Notes: generated from the letters alone by a model not told the origin. Positions 13,714 to 26,185 are shown, counted from the stretch's first letter. The stretch is 64,000 bases of DNA from the human T2T-CHM13v2.0 reference genome, Homo sapiens (GCA_009914755.4 CP068257.2:16832001-16896000), one strand, 5' to 3'. Numbers and translations are program-made.

Positions 13714-16700
13714 TTTATATATATTCTTAGGCCTAATTGAGTAATATTTTGTTTCTAAGACAGATCTGTAACTGTCCTTTTGTCTCACAACTTTTCAGAT
13801 ATTAATCTCAAGATGATAGCTTCATGAACTTTTGTAACTCTGGAAGATCATTCAAAAACATTTGGAAATTCTGTATATCTGTGTTATTTCCATTTTAAGT
13901 ATTTTAAAGAAATTCCTGGGGAAGCCATTTGATTCTAGGATTGGACTCAAGTTTTTAAAGTATTGCTAGTAGTATTATAGTGTTAAATGTTATAGGCTAA
14001 CATATAATGAACTCTTATTTTGTTCCAGGAAAAATACTGACATAGGTTATCTTATTTTTTCTGCATAGAAACTCTGTGAGGTATTATTATTATTTTGAAA
14101 ACTTGAGAATTGAAGTTTAAGGGGGATAAGCACCTTGCCCAAAGTGACACAGGTAGTTATTAAAAGAAGTTACTACATGTCTTCTGAGATCCCTCCTTGT
14201 TCCACAGTTCGTAGAAGAACATGTTTCCATTTTCTTGCTCTCTGGTAACAAACAAAATGCAAGCAAGTCACCAATGGCCTCGGCTGAATGTTACTTTAAA
14301 ATGCACTTCATTCTCTACAACACTTATCCTTCCATTGTTAACATCCTTCCCGATCATTCCTATTATACTCCCTGGAAGCACATTTTCTGATAAATATAAA
14401 AATGAAAGTCAATATAAAAACAAAATACTTCAATTTCTTCCACATTTTCATAGAGTACTTTCTGAACCATTGTGTATTAGTTGAACTCCAAATGTATCCC
14501 GAAAATGGCATTTCCCTTAAACCTTTTTATTGTGGCTACTCATTTTCCTGTCCCATCTTCAATGAAGGGACTAAATCATTTCAGCATTTTTTTTTTTTTG
14601 CGGGTCTCCTATTTCTACTTTCAAACACTTCGGTGCAACATTTTGCACAATCTCTTGGAAGTTCATGCTCAGTAATAATACCACCAGCTGTGGGTATTTG
14701 TTGTCATAATATAGTGATCATTTCTCCAAAGAGATTGAGGAATATCACACTTGGATAACAGTCATTTGATTCTTCCATTTCTTCTTTTCTAAATTCGTAT
14801 TGGATTACTTCAATATACATAAATAGGATCTACCAAATACTCTATTAGCATAACTTTTGAAATCATCAACTTTCACTTCAGTTTCACTCTGCTTCTAAAA
14901 TGATCCTAGGTTGGGCCATGCTCCTTTATCTAGGGCTCTTATACTTATTATCTCAAATTTCAACACCTTGTTTTCGAAATATAACCTATTTGCCTTTCTG
15001 GCTATCATTTGTCCCTTAATCTAGGGCATATTTCCTTTGACAACAGTGTGATCTTCTGTGTCATTTCAACCATTTTCATTAGAGCATCTGCATCCTTTGA
15101 TTTTCACAACATGAAAAAATCAGAGCTCTGAGTATTGGTTAATAAAAACTGTCTCCTTTTCCACTACAACAGCAGAATGCCCACTTTCATAAGGGAAAAT
15201 ACAGAAGAGTCCTTTGAACTGGTACAGTCTACATATAACTTCTGCAGTCTCCTCAGTGGTTCTGAGAAAGAATTTGCTAACTGGTGGACTTTTTTTTTTT
15301 TCTATTTCCCCAGTGGCAATTTTAATTATTCACTGTGTCTTCACAGTTGTTTTCCATGATCTTTCAACTTTCATTTTTAGCTGATGTTCTTGCCCAACTA
15401 CTTCACTTGGAATAAAACAAGATTAGGTTAAAAAGATCTATCAATTTCTTATATTAAAATATGAAGACTCCCATCTGTAGCCACAACGACACTATATTTA
15501 TTTTTCCATTGTTATCGGTAAAAATGTCTTTCCACTTATGTGCCTGAAATTATTCCCTCCCTTACTTGCCTAGGGGACTTTTTCTATCAATTCTCTCCTT
15601 CATTATTTATCCAGAATATAATTATTTAATTCTTACTGTGTAATTAACACATCACTAGATGTTTTGGATATATTGGTGAACAAAATAGAAAAACAATGTT
15701 TTATCTTGATAGGTAAATTATAATGGGAAGGAGAGGATAAATACTAAACAATAAATAATAAATAAATACAGATAATAGAATATTAGAAGCTGGCAGTTTT
15801 GGAAATAGAGTAAATCACAGTAAAGAAAATCAGGGGTATTTGAAGAGGGCTGAGAAGGTTACAGTATTTAATAGGGTATTATAATTGACTACATTGAGAA
15901 TGTAAATCTTAAGCAAAAAGATGATTTGATAAAGAATTTATGAAATTATACAGGGATGCATTTCTGGCAGAGGTAACAGCTGGAGAAAAGACACTAAGTT
16001 GAAAGCATGCCTGATGAGTTTAAGTAATAGCAAGGGGACTGGGAGTTGCTGGTGTGGGCCAGTTAAAGAGAGAATAATAGGAGTTGATGACAGAGAACAT
16101 TAGCTTGACAGATTATATAAGACCTTGAGGTCCGTCGTAAGGACCTAGGACATTCAAAATTGATAGATTGAGACAAAGAGGAGGAAACAAAAAGATACTA
16201 AGGAATAGCAATCAGTGAGACAGGAGAAAAATGAAGAGAATCTTGTATCTTACAAATCAAGAGAAAAAACTATGCCTATGAAGGCTCAGCTGAGTGAAAT
16301 CCTGATGATCAGTCAAGTAGAATAGGAAACACAAATGTACCATTGCTTTTGGCAATATGAAAGTTGTTAGGGATAGTATCAAAGGCAGTTTCAGTGAAAT
16401 CATGGGCACAGTCTCAGTTAAATTTAAGAGAGATTGTGAGAAGAGGACTTAAAAACAGTGAGAGGAGACAATGTTTTTGCAGAGTTTTGCTGCAAAGGAT
16501 AGCAAATAAGTCAGGTAATAGTGGGGAAAGTTTCAAATCAGAGACATATGATCAGCATGTTTGTATCTGAATCAGAATAATTAGAGTGTGAAATATTGAG
16601 TATGTAGGAGAAAGCAGAAGGAAAAAATTCTGGTGTTATATCCCTAAGTTGGCAAGAGAAGATGAGACCTGACTCTAAGAAGTGGGAAGGCAGGGAAGTG

Positions 16701-17075
16701 AATGCAGACTTATGGGTGAATAGGTGTTGTGATTGGTTATGTGGAAGCTCTTTTCAGATTGCTTCAGTTTTCTCAGTGAAACAGCAAGCACAATCAGCAA
16801 CTGGGACAAAGGTAGGGGTGTGATACTGGAGGCTCGAGGAGAGAGAGCGTGTCAAATACTATTGAGAATGTGGAGGCATGAACATACCAACAATATGTGA
16901 TGTGACGTCTGCCAGCATTAAAGGTTTGCTTAAAGTCTATTGCTATTAATTTATAGTGACAGCAGTCAGTGTATTTTTTTATTCACCTTTACTTTGCTAG
17001 ATAGATGCAGATATGAAGTAGACACAGAAGTTGCTGTATTGTTGAATTTAACCATCATTATGGTTTTGCCAAAGA

Positions 17076-17424
17076 GTTCTGTTTTCATGCTGCTAATAAG
17101 ACATACCTGAGACTGGGTAATTTAGAAAGGGAAGAGCTTTAATTGACTCACACTTCCACATGGCTGGAGAGCCCTCACAATCATGGCGAAAGGCAATTGA
17201 GGAACAAAGTCGCGTCTTACATGGTGGCAGGTGAGAGAGCTTGTGTAGGGGAACTCCCATTTATAAAACCATCAGATCTCCTAAAATTTATTCACTACCA
17301 CGAGAACAGTATGGAGGAAACTACCCCCATGATTCAATTAACTCCACCTGGCCCTGCCCTTGACACGTGGGAATTATTACAATTCAAGGTGAGTTTTGGT
17401 TGGAGACACAGCCAAACCATATCA
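17076..17424 (-). mobile_element. MaLR LTR, THE1/MST family, minus orientation (second copy)
   Basis: Same consensus as 13355-13713. The two copies are roughly 80-85% identical by eye. Text '...ccacatggctggagagccctcacaatcatggcgaaagg...ccaaaccatatca'. Confidence 0.8.
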
Positions 17425-17561
17425 AGTCCAGTAAAGCAAGAACAGAAAGGAATCAGGGGTACTTCAGGGATTATGATGACTGGCCATGTAATTTGAGAGG
17501 GGACATTTTGGGGACAGAAGACCACAAAAAGGAAGAATCTCTGAACCAGAGACTTTAAGGT

Positions 17562-17893
17562 AGTGGTCGACATTTTTGGCACCAGGGACAGGTTTCGTGG
17601 AAGACATTTTTTCTGTGAAGTGGGTAGAGGTGGGGGATGATTTGGGGATGCAATAGTTCCACCTCAGATCATTAGGCATTAGTTAAATTCTCAGAGGGAT
17701 GCACAACCTAGATCCCTTGCTTGCACAGTTCACAATAGAGTTCATTCTCCTATGAGAATCTAATGCTGCCACTGCTCTGACAGGAGGCAGAGCTTAGGTG
17801 GGAATGCTCTCTTGCCTGCTGCTCACCTCCTGCTCTGCAGCCCAGTTCCTAACAGGCATGCACAAATACTGACCCATGGCCAGGGTTAGGGAC
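17562..17893. mobile_element. Palindromic non-autonomous DNA transposon (MITE). It belongs to the high-copy human family I recall with consensus 'tttttggcaccagggaccggtttcgtggaagacaatttttcc...ctcacctcctgctgtgcggcccggttcctaacaggcc'. I am not certain of the family name.
   Basis: 'catttttggcaccagggacaggtttcgtggaagacattttttctgtgaagtgggtagaggtgggggatgatttggggatgcaatagttccacctcagatcattaggcattag...gctcacctcctgctctgcagcccagttcctaacagg'. Confidence 0.6.
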
Positions 17894-18726
17894 TCCTACT
17901 CTAGTTGACTCAAAGGATGGCTAAGATGGAATTACAAGAGGGAGTGATTGCAAAGTTAGCTGTGTCTGTTCTTACTTCTGTGCCATAGTGAAGTGTTTCC
18001 TGGCCATTGCCATATCCTTCATAAGCTTCCACTGATGCCTAGCCCTGTAAGAAAAAAAGTGGATACACATATCCTTCTGTCCTCTGTGTGGTACACTAGG
18101 CTTTGATGTCTTACAGCACTTTTAGTGACTCCTTTCAGTTTTTACTTGCTGCTTTCCCATCTTCTTCTCCTGTGATAAATCCAGGAAAGACACGTCTAAA
18201 TGATAGCCCTCTACCAAAGGCCAAGCTTTCTGTCTTTGTATACTCAGGGTACGTCGTCTTTGAAATACTCAGTATTTGACATACTCAGGGTATGTTGTCT
18301 TCCAGGAGGCCTCTTATTTCTATCTGACAATTCACCGTCAGTGTTTTGTTGAATCAGTATAAATCAATCTTACTCATCTCATGTATATGCTTGTCTATCT
18401 CTACTTTGATGAATTTCTCAAAATCAGGGCCTGTCTCTTAGTCACTGTATCTATGTACAAGACCTAGCCAATGGCTAGCATAAAATAACGTATCCTAATT
18501 AATCAAAAGATCTGTTATCACCTGAAATTCAGCTCCATATCTAATTACATACTTGATCTATCATGACTATTTCCCATTCACCACACGTTTGGAAAATATA
18601 ACATTGAGCTAATTCATTACTTACCTATCCAGAGAGGCTCACTGCTCTGATGTCCTTCTCCACCACCCCGCTCCCTGCAAGTATTCACAACATTTTCTAA
18701 ACCACCTATGTTTGGAACTCTGGGTC

Positions 18727-18850
18727 TTTCTTTCATCTCACTTCTGCATTTTTCAGATCCCTTTACCAAACCTTATAAGTAATTTATATTTCTTTCATCT
18801 GGCTTTTGCTGTTTCCAGATCCCTTTACCAAGCCCTATAAACAAATATTT
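18727..18850. repeat. Local tandem duplication, about 60-bp unit x2
   Basis: 'ttctttcatctcacttctgcatttttcagatccctttaccaaaccttataa' is followed by 'tttctttcatctggcttttgctgtttccagatccctttaccaagccctataa'. Confidence 0.7.
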
Positions 18851-18929
18851 TAAAATGTCTTATTCACTAATTTCTTTATTTTTATTTCTATTGCAGTCAC
18901 TCTTTTTCTTAGATTCAGAGTCATTTACT

Positions 18930-19060
18930 CATTCTATAAATTATTTTTAAGCACCTACTAAGAGCCAGAGACCTACTAAGTGCTAGGTGCTGGAGAGAGA
19001 GTTTTAAACAAACCACGCAAAGTCTATTCTTTCATGGAGCTTGCATTCTAAATGCCTTAG
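18930..19060 (+). mobile_element. Possible ancient L2 3'-end remnant
   Basis: 'aagcacctactaagagccagagacctactaagtgctaggtgctgg...ttcatggagcttgcattctaaatg' resembles the L2 tail motif 'gagcacctactatgtgccaggcactgtgctaggtgctggg...ctcatggagcttacattctagtgg'. Confidence 0.35.
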
Positions 19061-21600
19061 CAAGAAAGTATAAAATAGTGCTTCTGTGCTATTTAAGAAT
19101 TTAAAACCGAGTTTGGGATAGAAAGTGACCTGGAGTCTACTTTACATTGAGTGATGGAAGGTTCCCTGAGAAAGTGACATGAAAACTGACCTAAATTAAT
19201 GACATTCACTGACACCTTTGCTGACTGTTCCACATCTCTTGTATCTCACTCTGTCCTACAGATCTTTCTGCCCTCGCACTTATTTAGTGTATTACATAAG
19301 GTAGCCATTGAAAATATGTAACTTGGTATTTTTATCATAATTGTCTCAGGTATATCAACTATGAACTTAGAGTATAAAGTCTCTGAGAGTGAGACTATCA
19401 CCATCTATACCAACATGCAAAGGAAGGAGCCTCTGAAATGGGAGGTAAAATGTTAGCTTTCCTGTTTTTATACTCAGAATTTTAGTTTTATATTTGTTAA
19501 TAGAAATTTTAAGACTAATTTAAAAATAGATTCACTTATTCCTAAAACTCTTCATATTTATCACCTGAATATGAATTCCTCCAGCAGTGTTTTTTTTCCA
19601 CTAATATCACCTACACATTGCTGCTCTCCTTCTATGACTTTTTGAATGCACATAAACTTATTGTTTCATTTCTGAAACGCACTTAAGTCTTCCTGAGGCT
19701 ATATTCAATAGCAATTAAATTTAACTTGTGTCATACCAATAATACACATAACTCAGTTAAAATGACAATGAACAGCTTTGAATGGGTTCACAGGTCCACA
19801 GCAATAGCATGCTTACCACCTGAGTGACTGTGATTGACAGGCACCATACCCAGATTGTAGGATGTGCTCTAATTTTACAGATCTTACATTGAAAGGTTAA
19901 AAAAAAATTTATCTTAGAAATGCTAAAATGAAGTAATCTATCCTCAGCTGATGTTCCATGGAAGAGCCCTCTGTAGGAGATTGACAGGTATGCTGAAAAG
20001 AGTTTGGGAATGCTGAGTTAAATACAGTTAAATTGGAGTCTCAGGACCTTCCAGAATCTTCAGTATGCAATAGGAACTATGTATTCCAAAAGGATTTATT
20101 TTTCAGTGTTTAACTAAGAACCCTTGTTTTCACTGTTCTCAGCCTTTGGAGTTAGTGTTCTATGGGATAAAATTTGGGCACTGATCTGGACAGCAGAAAT
20201 AATATCCAAAGAAATATAGGTTATTACTTGATCCATAGATAAGAAAATGCAGGATTTTAGTGAGCTGTAAAAGCCTGAAGATCAAGATGTGGACCTGAAG
20301 GCCCATCTATTTGAGACATCCACTGGCTGTGGGCCTCTTCCTCTTAAGCTGGCTATAAAATCAATATAGCTCATACCATCTTCCTGTTAACATTTCCCCC
20401 TGTAGTTAGCTGCATGTCCTAGATTTTCAACATGGTCCAAGTATAAAATACTTTGTCCCATTATCAACTAAGTATCTCATGTGATTTCTTGCAAAGTCAG
20501 GTTATTAGAATATAATGTGGGCACGACACACAGAGGCAGAGCCCAACCTCAGCAACCTTTTTCCCCTTGAAATGTTTATTTTCAAAATTATCATACAAAA
20601 ATTCGAAAGAAAGAACAATAAACATTTGCATAGCTTTCTATTCTCACTTTTACGCTAATGTACTTTGAGTCTAGAGGTAAGGCATTTCAGTGCTCTCATG
20701 AATGAAATGATGTAGTTGTGTGATCTTCAGGGATTCATTTGCCTTTAACATTTTGTAAGACCATGTAAGTCATAAGTAATTATAATAATAAAAAATTTAG
20801 AAAATATTATCTTTCATTTCTAGCACCATTATTCAAATCTTAGTAACACCACAATGTTTATCTGTGCCTGGCATTTTTCATTTCACATAATTTCTAGTAG
20901 CACGAATAAACATTTAACAAGAGATTCCTAGGAGGAAAACTGACCTTCTAAGACTAAAGCCCAAGGGAGTCACAATTAAGGATTTGAAATAATTAGTCTG
21001 GTTCTGTAATGTTGTACCTCCTTTTATTCTTACCATTTAGTCTCATTCCGAAAGTTTAACTAACCCTAAGTACATTTATCATTCCAGGAGCGTTATTATA
21101 CTCTGCGTCTAGCAACATCTTAGGTATCAAATAATTCATCTTGCAAAGTAGAAGCACCTTTTATTTTTCTTCTCTTCCTATATCTCAGTATCTTAATTGC
21201 AATGACTCATGAGCTGACTTTTTTTGTTTTTTTCCCGGTTTGCTCACGGTCGTGCTGATGTGTCACAGAACAGTGACTACAACTTCTGCTGTAATTGATG
21301 GGAACGAATTCTTCTGGGATGTGTTAATACAGCTGCAGGCAGTAAGGCAAGCAGCGAATGGAAACTAAATGGGTTCAGGAGCTCTAGAGACAATGATGTT
21401 GCTGGAGGCGGAGAGGTAGGCAGCCACTAATAACTACAGCTAAACAGTGGGACGAAATCATGCACTAGGTTTGTTTCACCAATCAGTATATATCATATGC
21501 ATTTGGCAGTTCGGAGTAATTCTTTCTTTCCCAAACCAATTAGCCCTTCACTGTGGTGCTAACTAGTGCATATGTAGCTGCTAGTTAGAATAATCACTAG

Positions 21601-21755
21601 CATTAGGAGATATACGTAATGTAAATGACGAGTTAATGGGTGCAGCACACCAACATGGCACATGTATACATATGTAACAAACCTGCACGTTGTGGACATG
21701 TACCCTAGTACTTAAAGTATAAAAAAAAATGTAAAAAAAAAAAAAAAAGAATAAT
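21601..21755 (+). mobile_element. Severely 5'-truncated LINE-1 insertion (3'UTR end plus poly-A) with a 14-bp target-site duplication
   Basis: 'cattaggagatatacgtaatgtaaatgacgagttaatgggtgcagcacaccaacatggcacatgtatacatatgtaacaaacctgcacgttgtggacatgtaccctagtacttaaagtataaaaaaaaa' matches the L1 3' terminus. 'agaataatcactag' is present at 21587-21600 and again at 21748-21761. Confidence 0.9.
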
Positions 21756-21897
21756 CACTAGGCCTTTGATTTTATGTGCCCATGTTAAAGATATAGATTT
21801 TCTTTGGTGTTTTGAAGACAAACTATGTCTTTCTTAATCTTGAATACTTTTTCCAAAGACCATGATTCTATTTAGCTTGAAATTAAGATTATTCCTG

Positions 21898-22195
21898 GCC
21901 GGGCGCGGTGGCTCACGCCTGTAATCCCAGCACTTTGGGAGGCAGAAGCGGGTGGATCATGAGGTCAGGAGATCGAGACCATCCTGGCTAACACAGTGAA
22001 ACCCCGTCTCTACTAAAAATACAAAAATTATCGGGGCTTGGTGGTGGGCGCCTGTAGTCCCAACTACTCGGGAGGCTGAGGCAGAATGGCGTGAACCCTG
22101 GAGGCGGAGCTTGCAGTGAGCCGAGATTGCGCCACTGCGCTCCAACCTGGGAGACAGAGTGAGACTCCGTCTCAAAAAACAAAACAAAACAAAAA
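21898..22195 (+). mobile_element. Alu SINE, young AluY-like with many CpGs retained, plus orientation, flanked by TSD 'aagattattc'
   Basis: 'ggccgggcgcggtggctcacgcctgtaatcccagcactttgggaggc...gagactccgtctcaaaaaacaaaacaaaacaaaaa'. The direct repeat 'aagattattc' lies on both flanks. Confidence 0.9.
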
Positions 22196-22286
22196 AGATT
22201 ATTCTTTACATATTCGTTTGGTGTTCTAAACTTTCTAAACTTGGAACCATATAATTATAGTTTTGGTTCAAACATTTAATTTTGCT

Positions 22287-22430
22287 GGTTGGGTGTGGTT
22301 AATCCCAGCATTTTGGAAGGCCAAGGCAGGAGGATTGCTTGAGACCAGGAGTTTGAGACCAGCCTGGGCAACATAGTAAGACTATGTCTGCAAAATCAAT
22401 CAATCAATCATTCATCATCATCATAATTTT
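22287..22430 (+). mobile_element. Partial Alu (left monomer, FLAM-like) followed by a (CAAT)n/(CAT)n simple repeat
   Basis: 'ggttgggtgtggttaatcccagcattttggaaggccaaggcaggaggattgcttgagaccaggagtttgagaccagcctgggcaacatagtaagactatgtctgcaaaatcaatcaatcaatcattcatcatcatcat'. Confidence 0.7.
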
Positions 22431-25027
22431 GCTGATCAGGAGTTTGGTCTAAAAAGAATGAGTTAGTTGCCCAAGATCTCAGCACTGCTTATGGGCAGTC
22501 TTCAGGTAAAAGAAAATGATAAGGTTCATCATGGTTAGATTTACCAGCAATTCGGTAAAATATACTGAGAGCTTATAGTGTGTTACGCATAGGACAGGGG
22601 TGCAAAGATGAATTTAATTGACACTTGGAAATATACAAACACAAATTATTTCCAGGTATATATTCTTTACCAGTGACATGTACAAAGTGCTGCATGGGAG
22701 AAAAAAAATCTTAATTTGGATTGGAGAGTTGGAAGACAATGAAACACATACAGTCAGTGGCAGATATTATTGGTGGAAAAGCAGAAGTCCTGTTGCAGAG
22801 TCCTTGCAGACTGTAGTGGCATTTTGTGAACGTATTTATAATCTGAGTTTCACAAATATGTAAAACTACAATTTTCCTACCTGTAATTTGTATTTGTTTC
22901 ATAGCACAATGAAGAGAAGCCAGAATGTATTTAGATTTTATGTGGAATCTTTAGATATTAAAATCACCTTATTTTCATTTCTCCAAATAGAAATAAATGT
23001 TCCATGCTCTTGTCATGGCCAATTTCGCTTACTAAATAACAAAAAACAAAGGCATATTGTTTTTCACAGCCTTGGCTTGACGTTATGTGGGTGACTTCCA
23101 TGGCTATCTACATATCCTTGGTTTTGATACTAAACATCGTATCGATTACTGTTATTACAAAGATAACTGTATATAAAGGTCCTAGAGTCGTCAAGTCATT
23201 ATTCATAATTCCTTTAACAGGCATATTTCTTTGTAAATAAAGAATTGGGCATGAAGTTAACTTACATGTCCAGTTGGGAAGAATTTAATGACTCTACCAC
23301 CATATGGTGTCTGGCATCTTCCTAGAGAGCCACAAGTCACAACATAAAAAATCACTGCACTACAGTGTCAGACATGGATTTCAGCCTCCTGCTGAAATAC
23401 TCAAGGAGTGTTCAATATTTGTGTCAGCTTTCAGCAGGCATTTTGATGAATATGAATGTAATAGAAATGTCTGAATCTGTGTATGAATCAAATATAAGCC
23501 AAATATTAACTGCCTCCTAAGAGAAAATGCTTTGATTATTTTTTCACTTGTTTTTCTGTCTGCCTGGTCATTTCTTGAGGCATCAGACTTCATACTGGTT
23601 TAGTGTTGGAGTCTCATTCTTCCGGGGAGGAAGGACAAATTAAGGGGACATATAAAAAATTTTTTTTAAAAGTATCTTAAATCTGTTACTTTTTGAAAGG
23701 ACAACTATAAAGTTTACTATCTTCCAAAGAGGTCTTAAAATTCATAAAGGAGAGTTTAATTGCAGGATTTATGTTATAATTATGCATAGCCAGAAAGTCA
23801 TGAAGCAATACTAAACATTCCTCACATGCTGTCAAGTCCACTGTCTTCAAAATAATTGTAATGTAAACGGTTATGTCTGACCAAAAGGTAAAGCGTCCTC
23901 ACATCTCATGTAAATTAAATGTTTCAGAGGTTAGAGAATGACAAACCTGCTCTTCACCCCCTATTTAGAGAAATAAGGGTAGTTTAAGTTGGGCATAATA
24001 ATGTAGATAAAGTAATACAAATAAAACAACAAAGTTATCCAGTTATTTTGTTGTGGACATTGTGGCTCCAGAACTTTTATTAACTGCTCACTGGTATACA
24101 ATGGCTTCATTAAGTGCTATTATCAGGTTTTAAAAGAGTGTCTTTACAACCTTATGTTATTCAAAAACTTGGGAGAACTTCTTTAGACTGTAAGTCTTCA
24201 GGGAGAAATGATTTTTTCAAAAGAAAAATACATGAAAAGTACCTAGGTTTATATTTCTCTGGCCATAATTGACCAGCTACGGTTTTAGAGATCAATTTGT
24301 GGCTTGTGTGTTTATATCTGTCCCTTTAGACATTGTAAATTTTTATACAAAAGAGTAGCTGCAAATGTTCTCCTTCCCAACTGACAAAAGAAGAAGAAGA
24401 AATAAATAAATAATACCGTTAACATGAAAGAGTTCATAGGTGGTGTGGAATTTCAATAGGAAACCTAAGCCTGGATTAAAGGGCTTGATACATATACACT
24501 TGGATTTCTCATATGTAAAATAAAGGATTACATTAAATAACCTTCTAATTTTAACTTTCGTTACTTCATGATTCATAATATTGATTCTTAAGAATCATTT
24601 CTCTTTGTTTTTTTTTTTGGATAAATAAATGCCTTGCATGTAAGTATAAAAAATACTCTGAATCAGTCACCAATTGTTCTTCTTCAGTAACTATGGTTTC
24701 CTATATACTTGTTAAAATGTTCTATCCTCTTACTATTGCCAATTTCACTTACTAAATAATATAAAAAAGAAAAAAACACTGTTTTTTATACCTTTGTCAA
24801 TAAATTATGGACGTCCATGGTTGTCTACGTATGTGGCTGTCCACATATAGTAAATACATATTTTATGTATTCTAATTAATGTAGTTCACATTTTTATATG
24901 CCCCAAGCACTCACGTGCCTTATGTTCAGTTGGGAAGGCAAGTCATGTAGAATCATACTACCAAACTCTACTTCTGTATTAAATAGGACCCTATACATTC
25001 TAATTATGATACTTTTACTATCGATGG

Positions 25028-25032
25028 AGAGA

Positions 25033-25063
<31 letters not shown>

Positions 25064-25070
25064 TACGTTG
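25028..25070. repeat. (GA)n microsatellite
   Basis: 'gagagagagagagagagggagagagagagagag' read directly. Confidence 0.9.
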
Positions 25071-25686
25071 AATAGAAGACATCATCAGGCAAGATGATAT
25101 TAAATCCCTTTGAAGATTATTTTTCTATCGGTAGTGGGTTGAGTGGTAGTCCTCCAAGAGATATTTTCACGTGGAACATGCAAATGTGACTTTTTTTTAG
25201 AATAAGGATCTTTGCAGATGTGATTAAATAAATATATTGAAAGAGAAAATCCTGATTAATTAGAGTGAGCCCTCAATCCAATGTAAAATATCCTTAGAAA
25301 AGAAGAGAAGGGGAGAAGATACATGAGAAAGGACGTCTGACAATGGAAGCAGAAACTTGGGTAATGCAGCCCCAGGAACATCTGGAGCCATCAGAATTTG
25401 CAAGAGGCAAGGAAGGATTCTTTCCTAGAGCCCTCAGGGGGAGTAAGGGGCCTCTTGACATCTGGGTTTAGGAGCTCTGGTCACCGAATCTATGAGAAGA
25501 GACATTTAGGTTGTTTTAAGCTATCAGTTTGTTATGGCAGCCCCAGTAAACTAATACACTATCATTGTCATAAACTTTATAAAACCAGGACTAATACATA
25601 CATGGAAAGCTGAATCCATTTAGGAACTATATAGCACATTCAAACTGAGAAATTCAAGAGAAGGTAACAAAGTGACTCTTTACAAA

Positions 25687-26185
25687 TGTGAGGTCAGGAT
25701 ACAGGACAGCGAAAGTGGTAGTGTGGTAAGGGTGCTTGCTAGGGCTGTCATAACCAAACATCACAGGCTATGTAGCTTAAACAACAGGAATTTATTTTCT
25801 CACAGTTCTGGAAGCTGGAAGTCCAAGACCAAGGTGCTGGCAGGGTTGGTGTCTCCCAAGGCCTCCTCCTGGGTTGCAGATGGCCACCTGCTCACTGTGA
25901 CCTCATATAGCCTATTCTCTTTGCACTGCATACGTGGTCTCTCATACATGTCCTAATCTTCTCTTCTTGTTAGGTGGGTGCAAAAGTAATTGCGTTTTTT
26001 GCCATTGTATAGAGACACCAGTCAGACTGGATTAGGGCCCATAATAAGAGCCTCCTTTTCACGTAATTACCTCTTTGAGGGCCCTATCTCCATATACAGC
26101 CACATTCTAATGCACTGGGGGAATAGAGCTTTAACATATGAATTTAGAGGAGTTACAATTTAGTTCATAACATTGCTCTTAGCAA
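25687..26185 (+). mobile_element. MaLR LTR (MLT1/MST-type), plus orientation
   Basis: '...cacagttctggaagctggaagtccaagaccaaggtgctggcagggttggtgtctcc...ttgcagatggcc...gacaccagtcagactggattagggccca...tctccatatacagccacattctaatgcactgggggaatagagctttaacatatgaatttagaggagttacaatttagttcataac' matches the MaLR LTR consensus. Confidence 0.8.
25972..26009 (+). mobile_element. Half MADE1 (Hsmar1-derived MITE, single terminal inverted repeat) nested in the MaLR LTR
   Basis: 'ttaggtgggtgcaaaagtaattgcgttttttgccattg' matches the Hsmar1/MADE1 terminal repeat TTAGGTTGGTGCAAAAGTAATTGCGG. It interrupts the MaLR 'cttctt|ataagga' site at a TA. Confidence 0.75.

Noticed and set aside
13714-17075. Treating the two THE1 LTRs and the intervening DNA as one intact provirus
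   Set aside because: The spacing is twice the expected THE1 internal length, and I see no homology to the MaLR-int sequence present at 37379-38800. This is left as an open question in the findings rather than called as a provirus.
17143-17496. The 117-aa ORF, and the 13432-13740 ORFs, as genes
   Set aside because: They lie entirely within THE1/MST LTRs (minus-strand copies). MaLR LTRs are non-coding, and the ORFs are chance open frames. The ORFs at 38135-38458 lie in MaLR internal sequence, which has no protein-coding capacity, and so are chance open frames too.
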